From a virus (taxonomy: Duplodnaviria > Caudoviricetes): 24,087 nt of DNA. Within the stretch, counting starts at the first letter, position 1. Every line of letters starts with the position of its first letter. The notes beneath the pieces were generated by a model. That model saw only the letters and a program-made list of their open reading frames with translations, made no database searches and was not told the origin of the DNA. The translations under genes were made by a program, and so were the position numbers. Location: positions 1 through 24,087 of IMG/VR virus record IMGVR_UViG_3300037047_000111; one strand, 5' to 3'. This document shows, one piece after another, positions 14,809-23,391 of the stretch.

Positions 14809-17739
14809 ATGGCGCGAGCGGTAACGAGTGACGAACTGACATTGTTAAGATCGGATCACCAGCGGTCCAGGTTATTCCTGGCGATATTTAAGCCATCCAC
14901 AGTGTACACAGCCAGAGTCAACCAGAGCACGTTTGGCGACCCTGTGGCGGAGATCACGTTTGATGGCGGATCGGGGACGCTGGGGAATGTGCTGGTGGGA
15001 ATGACCTTGCTGGTGGGGACAAGTGCGGGTTCCAGAGATAAAGGCACGGTGAGGATCAGAAAAACACCTGGTGCAAGTACGTTTTATATTGGAGCTACCA
15101 GTGAGGTTGAGTGGGTAAATGATCTTTATCTGACCGTGATTGATGACTTTGAATTGCGAGCAAAACTGCCACAAGTTGTATCTGATGAAATTTTTGTTGA
15201 TTGGGATGTGGCATACGTTGATCAGCATGCTAATTTTGCCCCTGTACCCGTGTTGGGTCCGCATGCGGTTTTGAAGCTGGTGGAAAGTACAGTTGACTTT
15301 GAGCCGGATGGATCGGATAGCTGGGTTTTGGGATCCACGATCAGTTCGTATACCTGGATTGCTCCTGGAGCGAGTGCCACGGCGAATCTCAATACTGCCA
15401 CACCCACGATCACCTATAATTCGACCGGGTGGAAACGGGTGGCTCTGACAGTCACGGATGCCAATGGAAAAACAGCGACCGGTTATCGCAGAGTATTTGT
15501 GTATGATGATGACAATTTGCCAATTGAAAATTTCGAGCTGGTGAAGTGCATCGGGGATCATGAAAATGGCGGCTGGGAATTTGAGGTGAGATTATTTGAT
15601 GAGGCTGATCTTGCCGATGTTGTACCGGGCGCATTGAGTCTGTTGTTTGCTGAGGATTGGTATGGATCCACGATGCAGAGTTTGGGACCGCTGGCCGGAT
15701 ATGAGAACCTGATCTGCATGGGAAGGATCGATGGTGAAACGATCGATTATGATGGACAGGTGGGAGTCGTCTCATTCGAGGTGAATGGTCCGCAAGGATG
15801 GATGAACAAGATCACCAGCTCGCCTGCTACGTTTACCGCTGCCAATGATCAGGCAAGTACCTGGAGCGAGTTTGCCAGCCCGACCGTGGATAAAGCGCTC
15901 TTCCATCTCCTGCATTGGAGAACAAATGCGACCCAGATCATGGATATTTTTCTGAGTGGAGATACCAGACGACTTCCGGAGATTGAATTGCCGATTAATA
16001 ATATCTGGCAGCAAATTGAGGACCTGGCAGCGCGTAGGATGCTCGCAGAAGGCTGCTGTAATCGATTTGGACAGCTAATCGTTGAAATTCCCGGGCAATT
16101 ATTGGCTATGGCTGACAGAAGCGGGATCCCAGGCGTGATGGCGATCACAAAAGATGACTGGAACGGGAAAGTTAATATAGAATACCGCTGCCCACAGGTG
16201 GGGTTAGCTGAGCTGGCCGGTTTACTGGATGATACTCCCGAGCAGGTGATCATGAGCCGGGCTCCTGGAATTATTCCGAAACGGCAAGGCAGTTTTGAAA
16301 GCTGGGATGGGTTGGTTTTCGATAATCAGGATCATGCCAATGTTTTGAGTGGTCTCTTCCTGGCCAGGGAGAATAACCCTTACCCGCATGTTGATATCAA
16401 CCTGGCGCAGAATAACCGCATGATGGATCTCTGCCCGAATCAGTATGTGACATTGAGCGTACTGGCTGCGGACAACCCCAGGGGAATCGTGTGGACGGAT
16501 AAGAAGCTGATTGTAAGGAGAATCGAGATCCAGCATAATGCCGGGGTTGGATCCCTGATGAGTGTGCTGGAATGTGAGGCTGATACGGATGGACCAGCAG
16601 GGGTGACGTTTTTTGTTGAAAACCCTATGGTAGAAGGTGGACCCGGTATTGAAATTCCAGATTTTGAAGATTATGACTGGCCGGGATTGCTTCCGGGTGA
16701 CTGGGATTTTGATCCACCTTACTTACCACCAGAACCCATAATTCCTCCGGGTACTGGGGAATGTCCTACAGACTCGCCAGCAACAGGCCCATATAACATT
16801 GGACTCAATGGTGTATTGGATAATACTAACATTTCACTTGATGCAGTTATTGATGCTATTCTCCGCACAAGTGGTCATGATAGCCCAACAACCTACCAAC
16901 TCAATGGCAGGTTTATGAAGTGGAATACAGATACAAACCAATATGAAGAAACGTTGGATGATGATTTCTACTCTGTAACTGCCTACGATATAAATGGAAA
17001 TCTTGTTGCTACTGGTGTTCATGATGCAGTCACAGAAATCAATAAGCGAACCAGAACGGGAACGCTTAACGCTACTTCTGCGACACAGATTAGAAGAATA
17101 AAGATAGCTCTGGCAGATAGTGAATTATTACGGGTAGAGGATATAGTAGATAATTCTATAGGAGAATCCCCAGGTGGTTCTGGAGCTGTATATATTCCGG
17201 GAACACTCTCTTGGGGTAACTATGGAAATGGTTTGTGGATACGACAATTGAATTATAAGGTTACTGGAATATTTGGTGTTGGGGCACAAGGGGAAAGAAG
17301 CCCATATATTAGGTCAATGTTCTATATGATGCCAAAAGGAGGAAGCTGGCATAAAGGTATTCTTTATGGAACAAATCAGGCGTGGTATCGTGCAAGCCAC
17401 ACTGGTTCTTTGTATAATGAGAATTATGGATTACAGAAGATTAATAGTTATCATTGGTGTGGCACATTGGCCAATGTGCCACTATGGGAAATAACGCACA
17501 ACCCGCCAGTTAGTAATACATCTTTGTTACATACAGGCATTAATGAAATAACCTTGAATTTAGCCAATCCGATGAGTTGTGCACAGGTACATGTTACATC
17601 GAGTGGTTGGTATGCTGGTAATGGTGTATATACACTTGAAAATGTAGAAACTTTGACATATCTTTGGTATGCGTCTCAATACAAAATTGTATTGAACTCA
17701 GCAACAATTTCTGGGGTATGTCCTCCGGCGGCAGTATGA
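14809..17739 (+). CDS. Large tail-tip/baseplate protein with PKD domain
   Basis: 976 aa ORF in the tail module. PKD-like DGSDSW...ISSYTW...PTITY...G...V.LTVTD.NG. Pro-rich linker followed by an AT-rich C-terminal beta region. Confidence 0.75.
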   Translation: MARAVTSDELTLLRSDHQRSRLFLAIFKPSTVYTARVNQSTFGDPVAEITFDGGSGTLGNVLVGMTLLVGTSAGSRDKGTVRIRKTPGASTFYIGATSEVEWVNDLYLTVIDDFELRAKLPQVVSDEIFVDWDVAYVDQHANFAPVPVLGPHAVLKLVESTVDFEPDGSDSWVLGSTISSYTWIAPGASATANLNTATPTITYNSTGWKRVALTVTDANGKTATGYRRVFVYDDDNLPIENFELVKCIGDHENGGWEFEVRLFDEADLADVVPGALSLLFAEDWYGSTMQSLGPLAGYENLICMGRIDGETIDYDGQVGVVSFEVNGPQGWMNKITSSPATFTAANDQASTWSEFASPTVDKALFHLLHWRTNATQIMDIFLSGDTRRLPEIELPINNIWQQIEDLAARRMLAEGCCNRFGQLIVEIPGQLLAMADRSGIPGVMAITKDDWNGKVNIEYRCPQVGLAELAGLLDDTPEQVIMSRAPGIIPKRQGSFESWDGLVFDNQDHANVLSGLFLARENNPYPHVDINLAQNNRMMDLCPNQYVTLSVLAADNPRGIVWTDKKLIVRRIEIQHNAGVGSLMSVLECEADTDGPAGVTFFVENPMVEGGPGIEIPDFEDYDWPGLLPGDWDFDPPYLPPEPIIPPGTGECPTDSPATGPYNIGLNGVLDNTNISLDAVIDAILRTSGHDSPTTYQLNGRFMKWNTDTNQYEETLDDDFYSVTAYDINGNLVATGVHDAVTEINKRTRTGTLNATSATQIRRIKIALADSELLRVEDIVDNSIGESPGGSGAVYIPGTLSWGNYGNGLWIRQLNYKVTGIFGVGAQGERSPYIRSMFYMMPKGGSWHKGILYGTNQAWYRASHTGSLYNENYGLQKINSYHWCGTLANVPLWEITHNPPVSNTSLLHTGINEITLNLANPMSCAQVHVTSSGWYAGNGVYTLENVETLTYLWYASQYKIVLNSATISGVCPPAAV

Positions 17740-20228
17740 GTAAACTAAGAAGAATACTTAAAAATAAGTTTGATGAAAAAGCGGACTCTCCTGTAATCTA
17801 CTCTGGAAAGTTAGGGGATGGATTAGGGACAGTTAATGCAGGTAATGGAAAAGTTTATGTAAGAATTTCTAATACTGTAAATACTGCTTTATGTTCAGGC
17901 GTTCCTTACATCAATAATTTAGATGTATGGGTTGGATATACTGCTGATCTTCCAACAGTATTAAGAGTATTGGGACAACAGCCAAACCAATCATCGGTAT
18001 ATTTTGATGGAATTGGAAAACATGCCAGACAGCATGAGTGGATGGGGCAGGGCGTAGGTGGTGGTACGGATGTTCTAAGTGTTCACCTGCAGCAATTTCT
18101 TCCATTGATGGTATTTCCATATTCTGAATTTATCGTTGGGGTATATCCAGGAATTGCTTGGACTACTGGGGGCTATAAATTAATAGCTGATATTAATTCA
18201 CATGGAAAACCAGTTCCTAAAATAATAGATTTACGTTCTTATTTTGCAACTACAAATAAAGAGCTTTATGTATTAATTGGTTTAGGCGATGATGGAAATT
18301 TGGAAGTTGTTGATGGGGAGGAAGTTGATAAAGGAACGCTGACCCTTGATAATATTCCAGCATCAACATCTACTATGAAATATAAGTTAGCTGCGGTTAG
18401 AAGATACAATGATCAATATGAAATTGTTGTAAACCGAGAAACTGTGGATATTGTAGATTTGCGCTTTCCAATGTGGAGAGCACCTAATTATAATGATTTG
18501 TTAGATATACCCACTACTTTTCCACCAGAGGAACATGTACATGATCAATACATGATCGACTTACTTGACAGTAGAGGGCAACTTCTATCTTATTATGAAA
18601 CAATTGACGAATCTTATATTGAAAATGCTAATCAAACAGGAATACTTACAATATCAGGTGCTACTGCAACTGATGAAGCAATTATTCCAAATTGCACGCT
18701 AGAAATAACAGAACCAACTATTAGTAATGTCACAATCAAGGTAAATGTTTGGGTATCAAAGAATCATTTTGGTTCAGCAAAGACAGTTAGAATTAGAGTT
18801 AGACGTGATGATCTTGCAGGGGCTATTTTATGGTCAGCTGGTTATACAAGTATGACAATAGATAGCTCTGCTGGACATAACATACAATTCACAACTGAAT
18901 TTATTGATGAAGAACCTACAACCTTTAAATATGTTCTTACGGTTCAAACCGAACAGAATTCCGCTGTTTACTCTGACACGAGAGAATTTTCAATTGAAGT
19001 AGATTCGGAAAGTCACCCGTATATTATTGATGTCGGGACAGAAGGACAACATTTAGTAGTAAATAATTTAGGATACCCCGCATGGGCTGATGATACTGGT
19101 GGTGGTGCTTCCGCTCTTGCTGATCTGACAGATGTTGATCTGACAGGATTAGCTGATGGTGATGTTCTGATATATGACGAAGCTTCTGGAGATTGGTTAC
19201 CAGAAACACCTGCAAGTGGATCATCTTTGACGGTTCAGGAAATTGATACTACCCCTAGCGTTGCTAATGTATCAGTAATTAATATCACGAATGGAACATT
19301 GACCGATGATGGTGGTGGAGAGATTACTATTGATTTTGGTAGTGCTGCTACTGATGGATCAGCAATCCACGACAATGAAGCTAATGAGATTTCAGGGGTT
19401 ACTGAAAAAACAACACCTGCTGACGATGATTTATTATTGATTGAAGACAGTGAAGCAAGCTATGTGAAGAAGAGCGTAAAAATCAGCAATCTTCCGGGGG
19501 GTAGTTCTGGTATGGAAAATCCAATGACAACTGCCGGAGATATTATTTATGGTGGAGCAAGTGGTACACCAACAAGGCTGGCAAAAGGAACAGAGGGTCA
19601 TTATCTAAAACAAGGGGCAACTAATCCAGAATGGGCTGCTTCCGCTGGTGGTGGAGTGGAAACAGGATGGCCGGAAGTAACAAAAACAACGCCAGATTTA
19701 GATGATTTTGCCTGGATAAATCAAGGAACTGCTACTGCGGTTGAAGAAAATGGAGGAATATACTTATACACACCAGCAGATGCAAATTTTAATTATCGCA
19801 TATTAAAAAAAGCAGCCCCAGCAACGCCTTATACTATTACTGCTTTATTTATCCCCACAACCATGAGTATAAACTATTCTAATTTTGGTTTATGTTTTCG
19901 AGAATCAGGAAGCGGAAAGATTGTTAGATGTGGATTGGTATTCAATAACACTTGGAATATATCTTCTGATAAATTAAACTCTCCAACCTCATATAATGCA
20001 GCTTACCAAGCAAGTGTGTTTGGATTATTTAACAGAGTATTTTTTAGAATAGCCGACAATGGAACAAATAGAATTTTTTCTGTTTCTCATGATGGCTCGC
20101 ATTTTATAACTATTCACACAGTGGGAAGAACTGATTTTCTAACCGCCAATGAAGTTGGTTTTTATGTACACCCACAAAACGCCACTTTTGGAGTAGGAGC
20201 ACTATTATTATCTTGGGTTGAGGAATAA
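17736..20228 (+). CDS. Tail fibre / receptor-binding protein
   Basis: ATG overlaps the previous stop (ATGA). Fibre repeats LADLTDVD...DGDVLIYD....W and TTAGDIIY....P.RL..GT.G..L....P.W. C-terminal beta-sandwich looks ConA/lectin-like. Confidence 0.8.
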   Translation: MSKLRRILKNKFDEKADSPVIYSGKLGDGLGTVNAGNGKVYVRISNTVNTALCSGVPYINNLDVWVGYTADLPTVLRVLGQQPNQSSVYFDGIGKHARQHEWMGQGVGGGTDVLSVHLQQFLPLMVFPYSEFIVGVYPGIAWTTGGYKLIADINSHGKPVPKIIDLRSYFATTNKELYVLIGLGDDGNLEVVDGEEVDKGTLTLDNIPASTSTMKYKLAAVRRYNDQYEIVVNRETVDIVDLRFPMWRAPNYNDLLDIPTTFPPEEHVHDQYMIDLLDSRGQLLSYYETIDESYIENANQTGILTISGATATDEAIIPNCTLEITEPTISNVTIKVNVWVSKNHFGSAKTVRIRVRRDDLAGAILWSAGYTSMTIDSSAGHNIQFTTEFIDEEPTTFKYVLTVQTEQNSAVYSDTREFSIEVDSESHPYIIDVGTEGQHLVVNNLGYPAWADDTGGGASALADLTDVDLTGLADGDVLIYDEASGDWLPETPASGSSLTVQEIDTTPSVANVSVINITNGTLTDDGGGEITIDFGSAATDGSAIHDNEANEISGVTEKTTPADDDLLLIEDSEASYVKKSVKISNLPGGSSGMENPMTTAGDIIYGGASGTPTRLAKGTEGHYLKQGATNPEWAASAGGGVETGWPEVTKTTPDLDDFAWINQGTATAVEENGGIYLYTPADANFNYRILKKAAPATPYTITALFIPTTMSINYSNFGLCFRESGSGKIVRCGLVFNNTWNISSDKLNSPTSYNAAYQASVFGLFNRVFFRIADNGTNRIFSVSHDGSHFITIHTVGRTDFLTANEVGFYVHPQNATFGVGALLLSWVEE

Positions 20229-20315
20229 TAAAACCCATCACCTGTGTCTTCCTGCTCACTCAAATTCTTTATCCTACTTTGATGTATTATGTGATCAAGA
20301 ATGCTGTTGCAAATG

Positions 20316-21167
20316 TTATTTATTCGGAATCAAAAGCCATGTAATAACAATTGAAATGATCACAATTGATTGATGAGGTAATAATCCAATAAATGCAATT
20401 GGTAAACTGTGATATGCAAAATAAGGACTTAGTAGTGGGGTAGCTGGAAATGCATAATTAAGTTTATTTTTTTTAATCGATTTATACAAAAGCCACAATC
20501 CAAGAGGGATTGAAAATGGCCAAAATGAAGAGTTCCAAGATACGTTGTTCCCAGTTAAATTTTTGTAATTAAGAGGATAAAAACCGAAAATTATAAAAGA
20601 TATCAGAAAGAGGATAGAAACTGGCAAAAATACTGTAATTATTTCTCTCCATCTTCCTTTTTTCCATGCTTGAATAAGCCAGATAATGGATATCAATCCA
20701 CAAGTTTGAGGTTTTGAAAGAACAAAGATTAAACCAATTTGAGGTGGTAAAAGAACTCCTATTACTGCGATAAAATCAATTTGTCCACTTGTTAATGCAA
20801 CCATCACAAATGGGGACAATAATAGTACTAATGCAGTGATTATATTTGCACCAAATTTTATTAATAGATAAGAATAGGTTGCTACATTCAAAACCATTAA
20901 TAAAGCAAAACCAATTTTAAATGGTAAGAATACGAGTGGAATAAGCGGAATTAATATCCAGGGCGGGTTATAAAATTGTGGTTCAAGATAAGGATTTCCA
21001 GATTCCAGTAGATGAAGTGTTGCTGATCTAAAAATCTGCCAATCAACACCTTCACAATTAGGGAAGAATAAAAAGAATCGAATTAAGAAGTAAGCTATTA
21101 CAAAAATATACAATGCTGCCAAAGGTAAGAACTTCCAATTAATTTTCAAGCCTAATTTTCTTTTCAT
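20316..21167 (-). CDS. GT87/DUF2029-like polytopic membrane glycosyltransferase (moron)
   Basis: Multi-TM protein. DW..F......L..GNPY....YNPPW..IP..PL, GQ.D and KPQ motifs as in GT-C/GT87. Strong AAGGAGGG RBS, visibly AT-rich. Confidence 0.75.
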   Translation of the reverse strand: MKRKLGLKINWKFLPLAALYIFVIAYFLIRFFLFFPNCEGVDWQIFRSATLHLLESGNPYLEPQFYNPPWILIPLIPLVFLPFKIGFALLMVLNVATYSYLLIKFGANIITALVLLLSPFVMVALTSGQIDFIAVIGVLLPPQIGLIFVLSKPQTCGLISIIWLIQAWKKGRWREIITVFLPVSILFLISFIIFGFYPLNYKNLTGNNVSWNSSFWPFSIPLGLWLLYKSIKKNKLNYAFPATPLLSPYFAYHSLPIAFIGLLPHQSIVIISIVITWLLIPNK

Positions 21168-21193
21168 TTACCCTCCTTGTTAAATAATATTTA

Positions 21194-22123
21194 TTATAGT
21201 CTCAAAAACTCCACCGGACTTGCTCTTCTGTGCGCTCTCTTAATATCCGACTGGGCAAGCCTGGAGTAATGCCGGACCATCTCTAGGTGTTCATGCCCGA
21301 GGATCATCTGCAGGGTGAAGATATCCCCGCCGGCCCTGAGATAATTGACCGAGAAAGTGTGGCGGAGTCTGTGTGGGTGGACGTGCGAGATCCCGGCGCG
21401 CGTGGATGCCCTGGTGAGCATCTTGAGAATGTAACCCCGCCTGAGCTGCCGGTTATGGTCCGTGACAAATACAAAATCATCCGGATAGAGCTCACCCCGG
21501 CTGGAATGATAGCGCCAGATCGCCTGGCTGGTGCGCGGGCTGAATGGGACGAATCGTTCCTTGGATCCCTTACCCAGTATGAAAGCACGCAGCTGTTTGA
21601 GATCGAGATCCTTGATTTGTAGATCACAAAGCTCTGAGACGCGCACACCATTATCCAGGATAAACAAAATGATTGCTACGTTGCGATCTGCACCGGGAAG
21701 TAAATTTTTACAGGTCTTTTTTCCGTGTCTGGCGTAGGATTTTGAATGGTAAACCGCATCCAGGAGCGATTTGATCTCCTGCTCCGGAAGAGGATCGATC
21801 ACGCGCCTTTCGGGTTTGGCACGCTGCACGAACTTGATCGGATTCTCCGTGATGATCTTGTTGATGATCATCCAATCGAAAAAGGTGGAAAGGGTGGAGT
21901 GGTAATTGGAGAGGGTCTTGTTGGATAGATCGGTAAAGCCTGCCAGAAAAGCATTGATCTGATCGATGCCGATGTCGGAAACCTGTGTGTCACTTCCGAT
22001 CTGCTTTGTGAGCTTATTGAGCGTGTTCGTATAGTCATTTACTGTGTTTTGTGAGAGGTGCCTGGCTGAGAGGTTGATGAGATAGCCTGCAATGGCCTGA
22101 GAGAGGGTGATTTTTGTATTCAT
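21194..22123 (-). CDS. int: Tyrosine integrase
   Basis: SAM-like N-terminus (LSQNTVNDY). Catalytic R (GVRVSEL), K (GKGSKER), HxxR (HRLRH), LGH, Y (VRHY). Start MNTKIT with GAAAGGA RBS. Confidence 0.95.
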   Translation of the reverse strand: MNTKITLSQAIAGYLINLSARHLSQNTVNDYTNTLNKLTKQIGSDTQVSDIGIDQINAFLAGFTDLSNKTLSNYHSTLSTFFDWMIINKIITENPIKFVQRAKPERRVIDPLPEQEIKSLLDAVYHSKSYARHGKKTCKNLLPGADRNVAIILFILDNGVRVSELCDLQIKDLDLKQLRAFILGKGSKERFVPFSPRTSQAIWRYHSSRGELYPDDFVFVTDHNRQLRRGYILKMLTRASTRAGISHVHPHRLRHTFSVNYLRAGGDIFTLQMILGHEHLEMVRHYSRLAQSDIKRAHRRASPVEFLRL

Positions 22124-22270
22124 TAACCGTGCGTCCTTTCGTAATAGAATTAATATTCTGATAATATGTTCTATCATCTGATAATAAAAAAAGCGGGATA
22201 CTGATGACCTCGCCGGAAACGTTCCTTGATGCAATTTGTTGAGGGTACTGGTGGTGATTTTAGTAATTTT

Positions 22271-22446
22271 TGTTACCTTCGGCATCACAGATAAGCAAAT
22301 CATCTCTCCGTGATGCCTTTGGTAGCGTTTAGTCGGGGCGGGCGGATTTGAACCGCCGACCTCACGGACCCGAACCAAGATGCCAAAGGTTGTTACTGTT
22401 TGCATCATTTGGTGGCGTTTTGACTGTCCGTGATGCAATTGGTAGA
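22271..22446. repeat. Putative integrase arm-type sites flanking the att core
   Basis: Unit TGTTAC-N5-GCATCA-N19-TCCGTGATGC-N3-TGGTAG occurs at 22271-22325 and 22391-22445 (120-bp period). Each unit contains inverted TGATGC motifs. Confidence 0.7.
22332..22376 (-). other. attP: attP core: 3' half of a tRNA-Pro(CGG)
   Basis: Minus strand reads GGTTCGGGTCCGTGAGGTCGGCGGTTCAAATCCGCCCGCCCCGAC: anticodon loop TTCGGGT, T-arm GGCGG-TTCAAAT-CCGCC, acceptor 3' strand CGCCCCGA. No D-arm or 5' half. Adjacent to int. Confidence 0.88.
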
Positions 22447-22512
22447 ACGTGCCGGGAGTGCGGAGGTTTGATTTTTAAGGTGCTGAGATTGGATTCTTTA
22501 AGTCTTTTCATC

Positions 22513-22561
22513 TTGCATATTTTCTATTTATGTTCTATTATTAGTACAGTTGTTCTATAAT
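22513..22561 (+). promoter_or_regulatory. Putative sigma70 promoter(s) with LexA-box-like operator, facing the repressor 3' end
   Basis: TTGCAT-17-TATTAT (22513-22541) and TTCTAT-17-TATAAT (22533-22561). AGTAC-AGTT-GTTCT at 22543-22556 is one mismatch from AGAAC-N4-GTTCT. Confidence 0.5.
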
Positions 22562-22601
22562 AAAGGGGTTTCGCTGTGGATATTACTTTTTTTGATAAGG
22601 A

Positions 22602-23021
22602 TCATTTGTTTAAGTTTGAGCTGGATTTGAATCCGTGTTTTTTTAATATGGATTCTGCCAGCTCTTCCGCTCCCTCCGATGAAGAGGTTATTTCACGTTC
22701 TTTGAAGGTTTCGCGGATCTCGCGTAAGGCGTGTTCTAATTCTGATCGAAGTTTGTATGGCAAGGAATCAATCAGTTCTTCCTGAGTTTCCGGCATTTCA
22801 TAACCAAGAATTTTATATATAGTTTCATCACCCAGTTTATTGGCGATTTTGACTGCGGTTTTTAATCCTATTGTTTCTCTTACTCCATTCATTATGTGGG
22901 ATACATAACTCTGGCTTAGCTGGAGATATTCTGAAAATTCAGAAATGCTGGCTTTGCCATTTTCCAACTGCCATTCAAGGTATTTTTTTTCCAGCCATTT
23001 TGATAATTCTGATTTCATCAT
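22602..23021 (-). CDS. XRE-family HTH repressor (cI-like), no peptidase S24 domain
   Basis: SISEFSEYLQLSQSYVSHIMNG.R...G...A.KIA..LG helix-turn-helix. Divergent from the cro-like gene and next to attP/int. Confidence 0.85.
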   Translation of the reverse strand: MMKSELSKWLEKKYLEWQLENGKASISEFSEYLQLSQSYVSHIMNGVRETIGLKTAVKIANKLGDETIYKILGYEMPETQEELIDSLPYKLRSELEHALREIRETFKEREITSSSEGAEELAESILKKHGFKSSSNLNK

Positions 23022-23060
23022 TTTATTTGTACCAATTTCATTAAATAAAGTAAATGGGTA

Positions 23061-23123
23061 TTGACAAATCTAATACTATTGTGTAATATCAATACAAATG
23101 TATTAATTAAATACAAATGGACA
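23061..23123 (+). promoter_or_regulatory. Lytic promoter (PR-like) and operator array
   Basis: TTGACA-17-TAATAT (23061-23089). AATAC-started repeats at 23072, 23091 and 23110, including the near-palindrome AATACAAATGTATT. Confidence 0.75.
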
Positions 23124-23134
23124 AACGGAGCGGA

Positions 23135-23377
23135 ATGGAACATACAATCCAAGAAATTACGAAAAGATATTTGGAAGAGCGAAACATGCAGGAGTTTGCC
23201 AATGGTTTGGGGATCAAGGCAAGCCGGCAAGCGGTTCACCACTGGAAAGAAGGAAACCAGCTGCCCAGCATGATGACTTTGCTTTCTGTGTTGGCCTCTC
23301 CCACTGCGGAGGGTTGGGCGAAAGCCTGGGCGGGGGAATGTTCTGCAATTTTGCTCAGGCAGACAGTAAAAAATTAG
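23135..23377 (+). CDS. Cro-like HTH protein
   Basis: MQEFANGLG..SRQAVHHWKEG..LPS HTH. GGAG RBS before ATG 23135 (alternative start 23117). Confidence 0.8.
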   Translation: MEHTIQEITKRYLEERNMQEFANGLGIKASRQAVHHWKEGNQLPSMMTLLSVLASPTAEGWAKAWAGECSAILLRQTVKN

Positions 23378-23391
23378 GGAGGAATCACACG

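Noticed and set aside
14872-15561. 229-aa minus-strand ORF and the other antisense ORFs across the structural region
   Set aside because: They are shadows of well-supported plus-strand genes, with no motifs or RBS.
17736-20315. Diversity-generating retroelement or invertible fibre cassette
   Set aside because: No reverse transcriptase, no template/variable repeat pair and no invertase or inverted fibre copies are visible in this window.
20229-20315. Bidirectional terminator or small gene between fibre and GT87
   Set aside because: No convincing hairpin; only a short minus-strand frame overlapping the fibre end.
21287-21928. Plus-strand ORFs inside int as a possible excisionase
   Set aside because: Antisense shadows with no HTH or Xis-like features.
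22332-22410. Complete phage-encoded tRNA-Pro
   Set aside because: There is no 5' acceptor strand or D-arm and the anticodon stem is broken. It is an att core.
22124-22438. 105-aa N-terminal extension of the integrase in the ORF track
   Set aside because: It runs through attP and the tRNA fragment. A good RBS and a typical integrase N-terminus begin at 22123.
22271-22446. Mini CRISPR array
   Set aside because: Only two degenerate units flanking an att core and no cas genes; better explained as arm sites.
22332-23021. Integration-dependent immunity (attP inside the repressor gene)
   Set aside because: The repressor stops at 22602, more than 200 bp before the att core.
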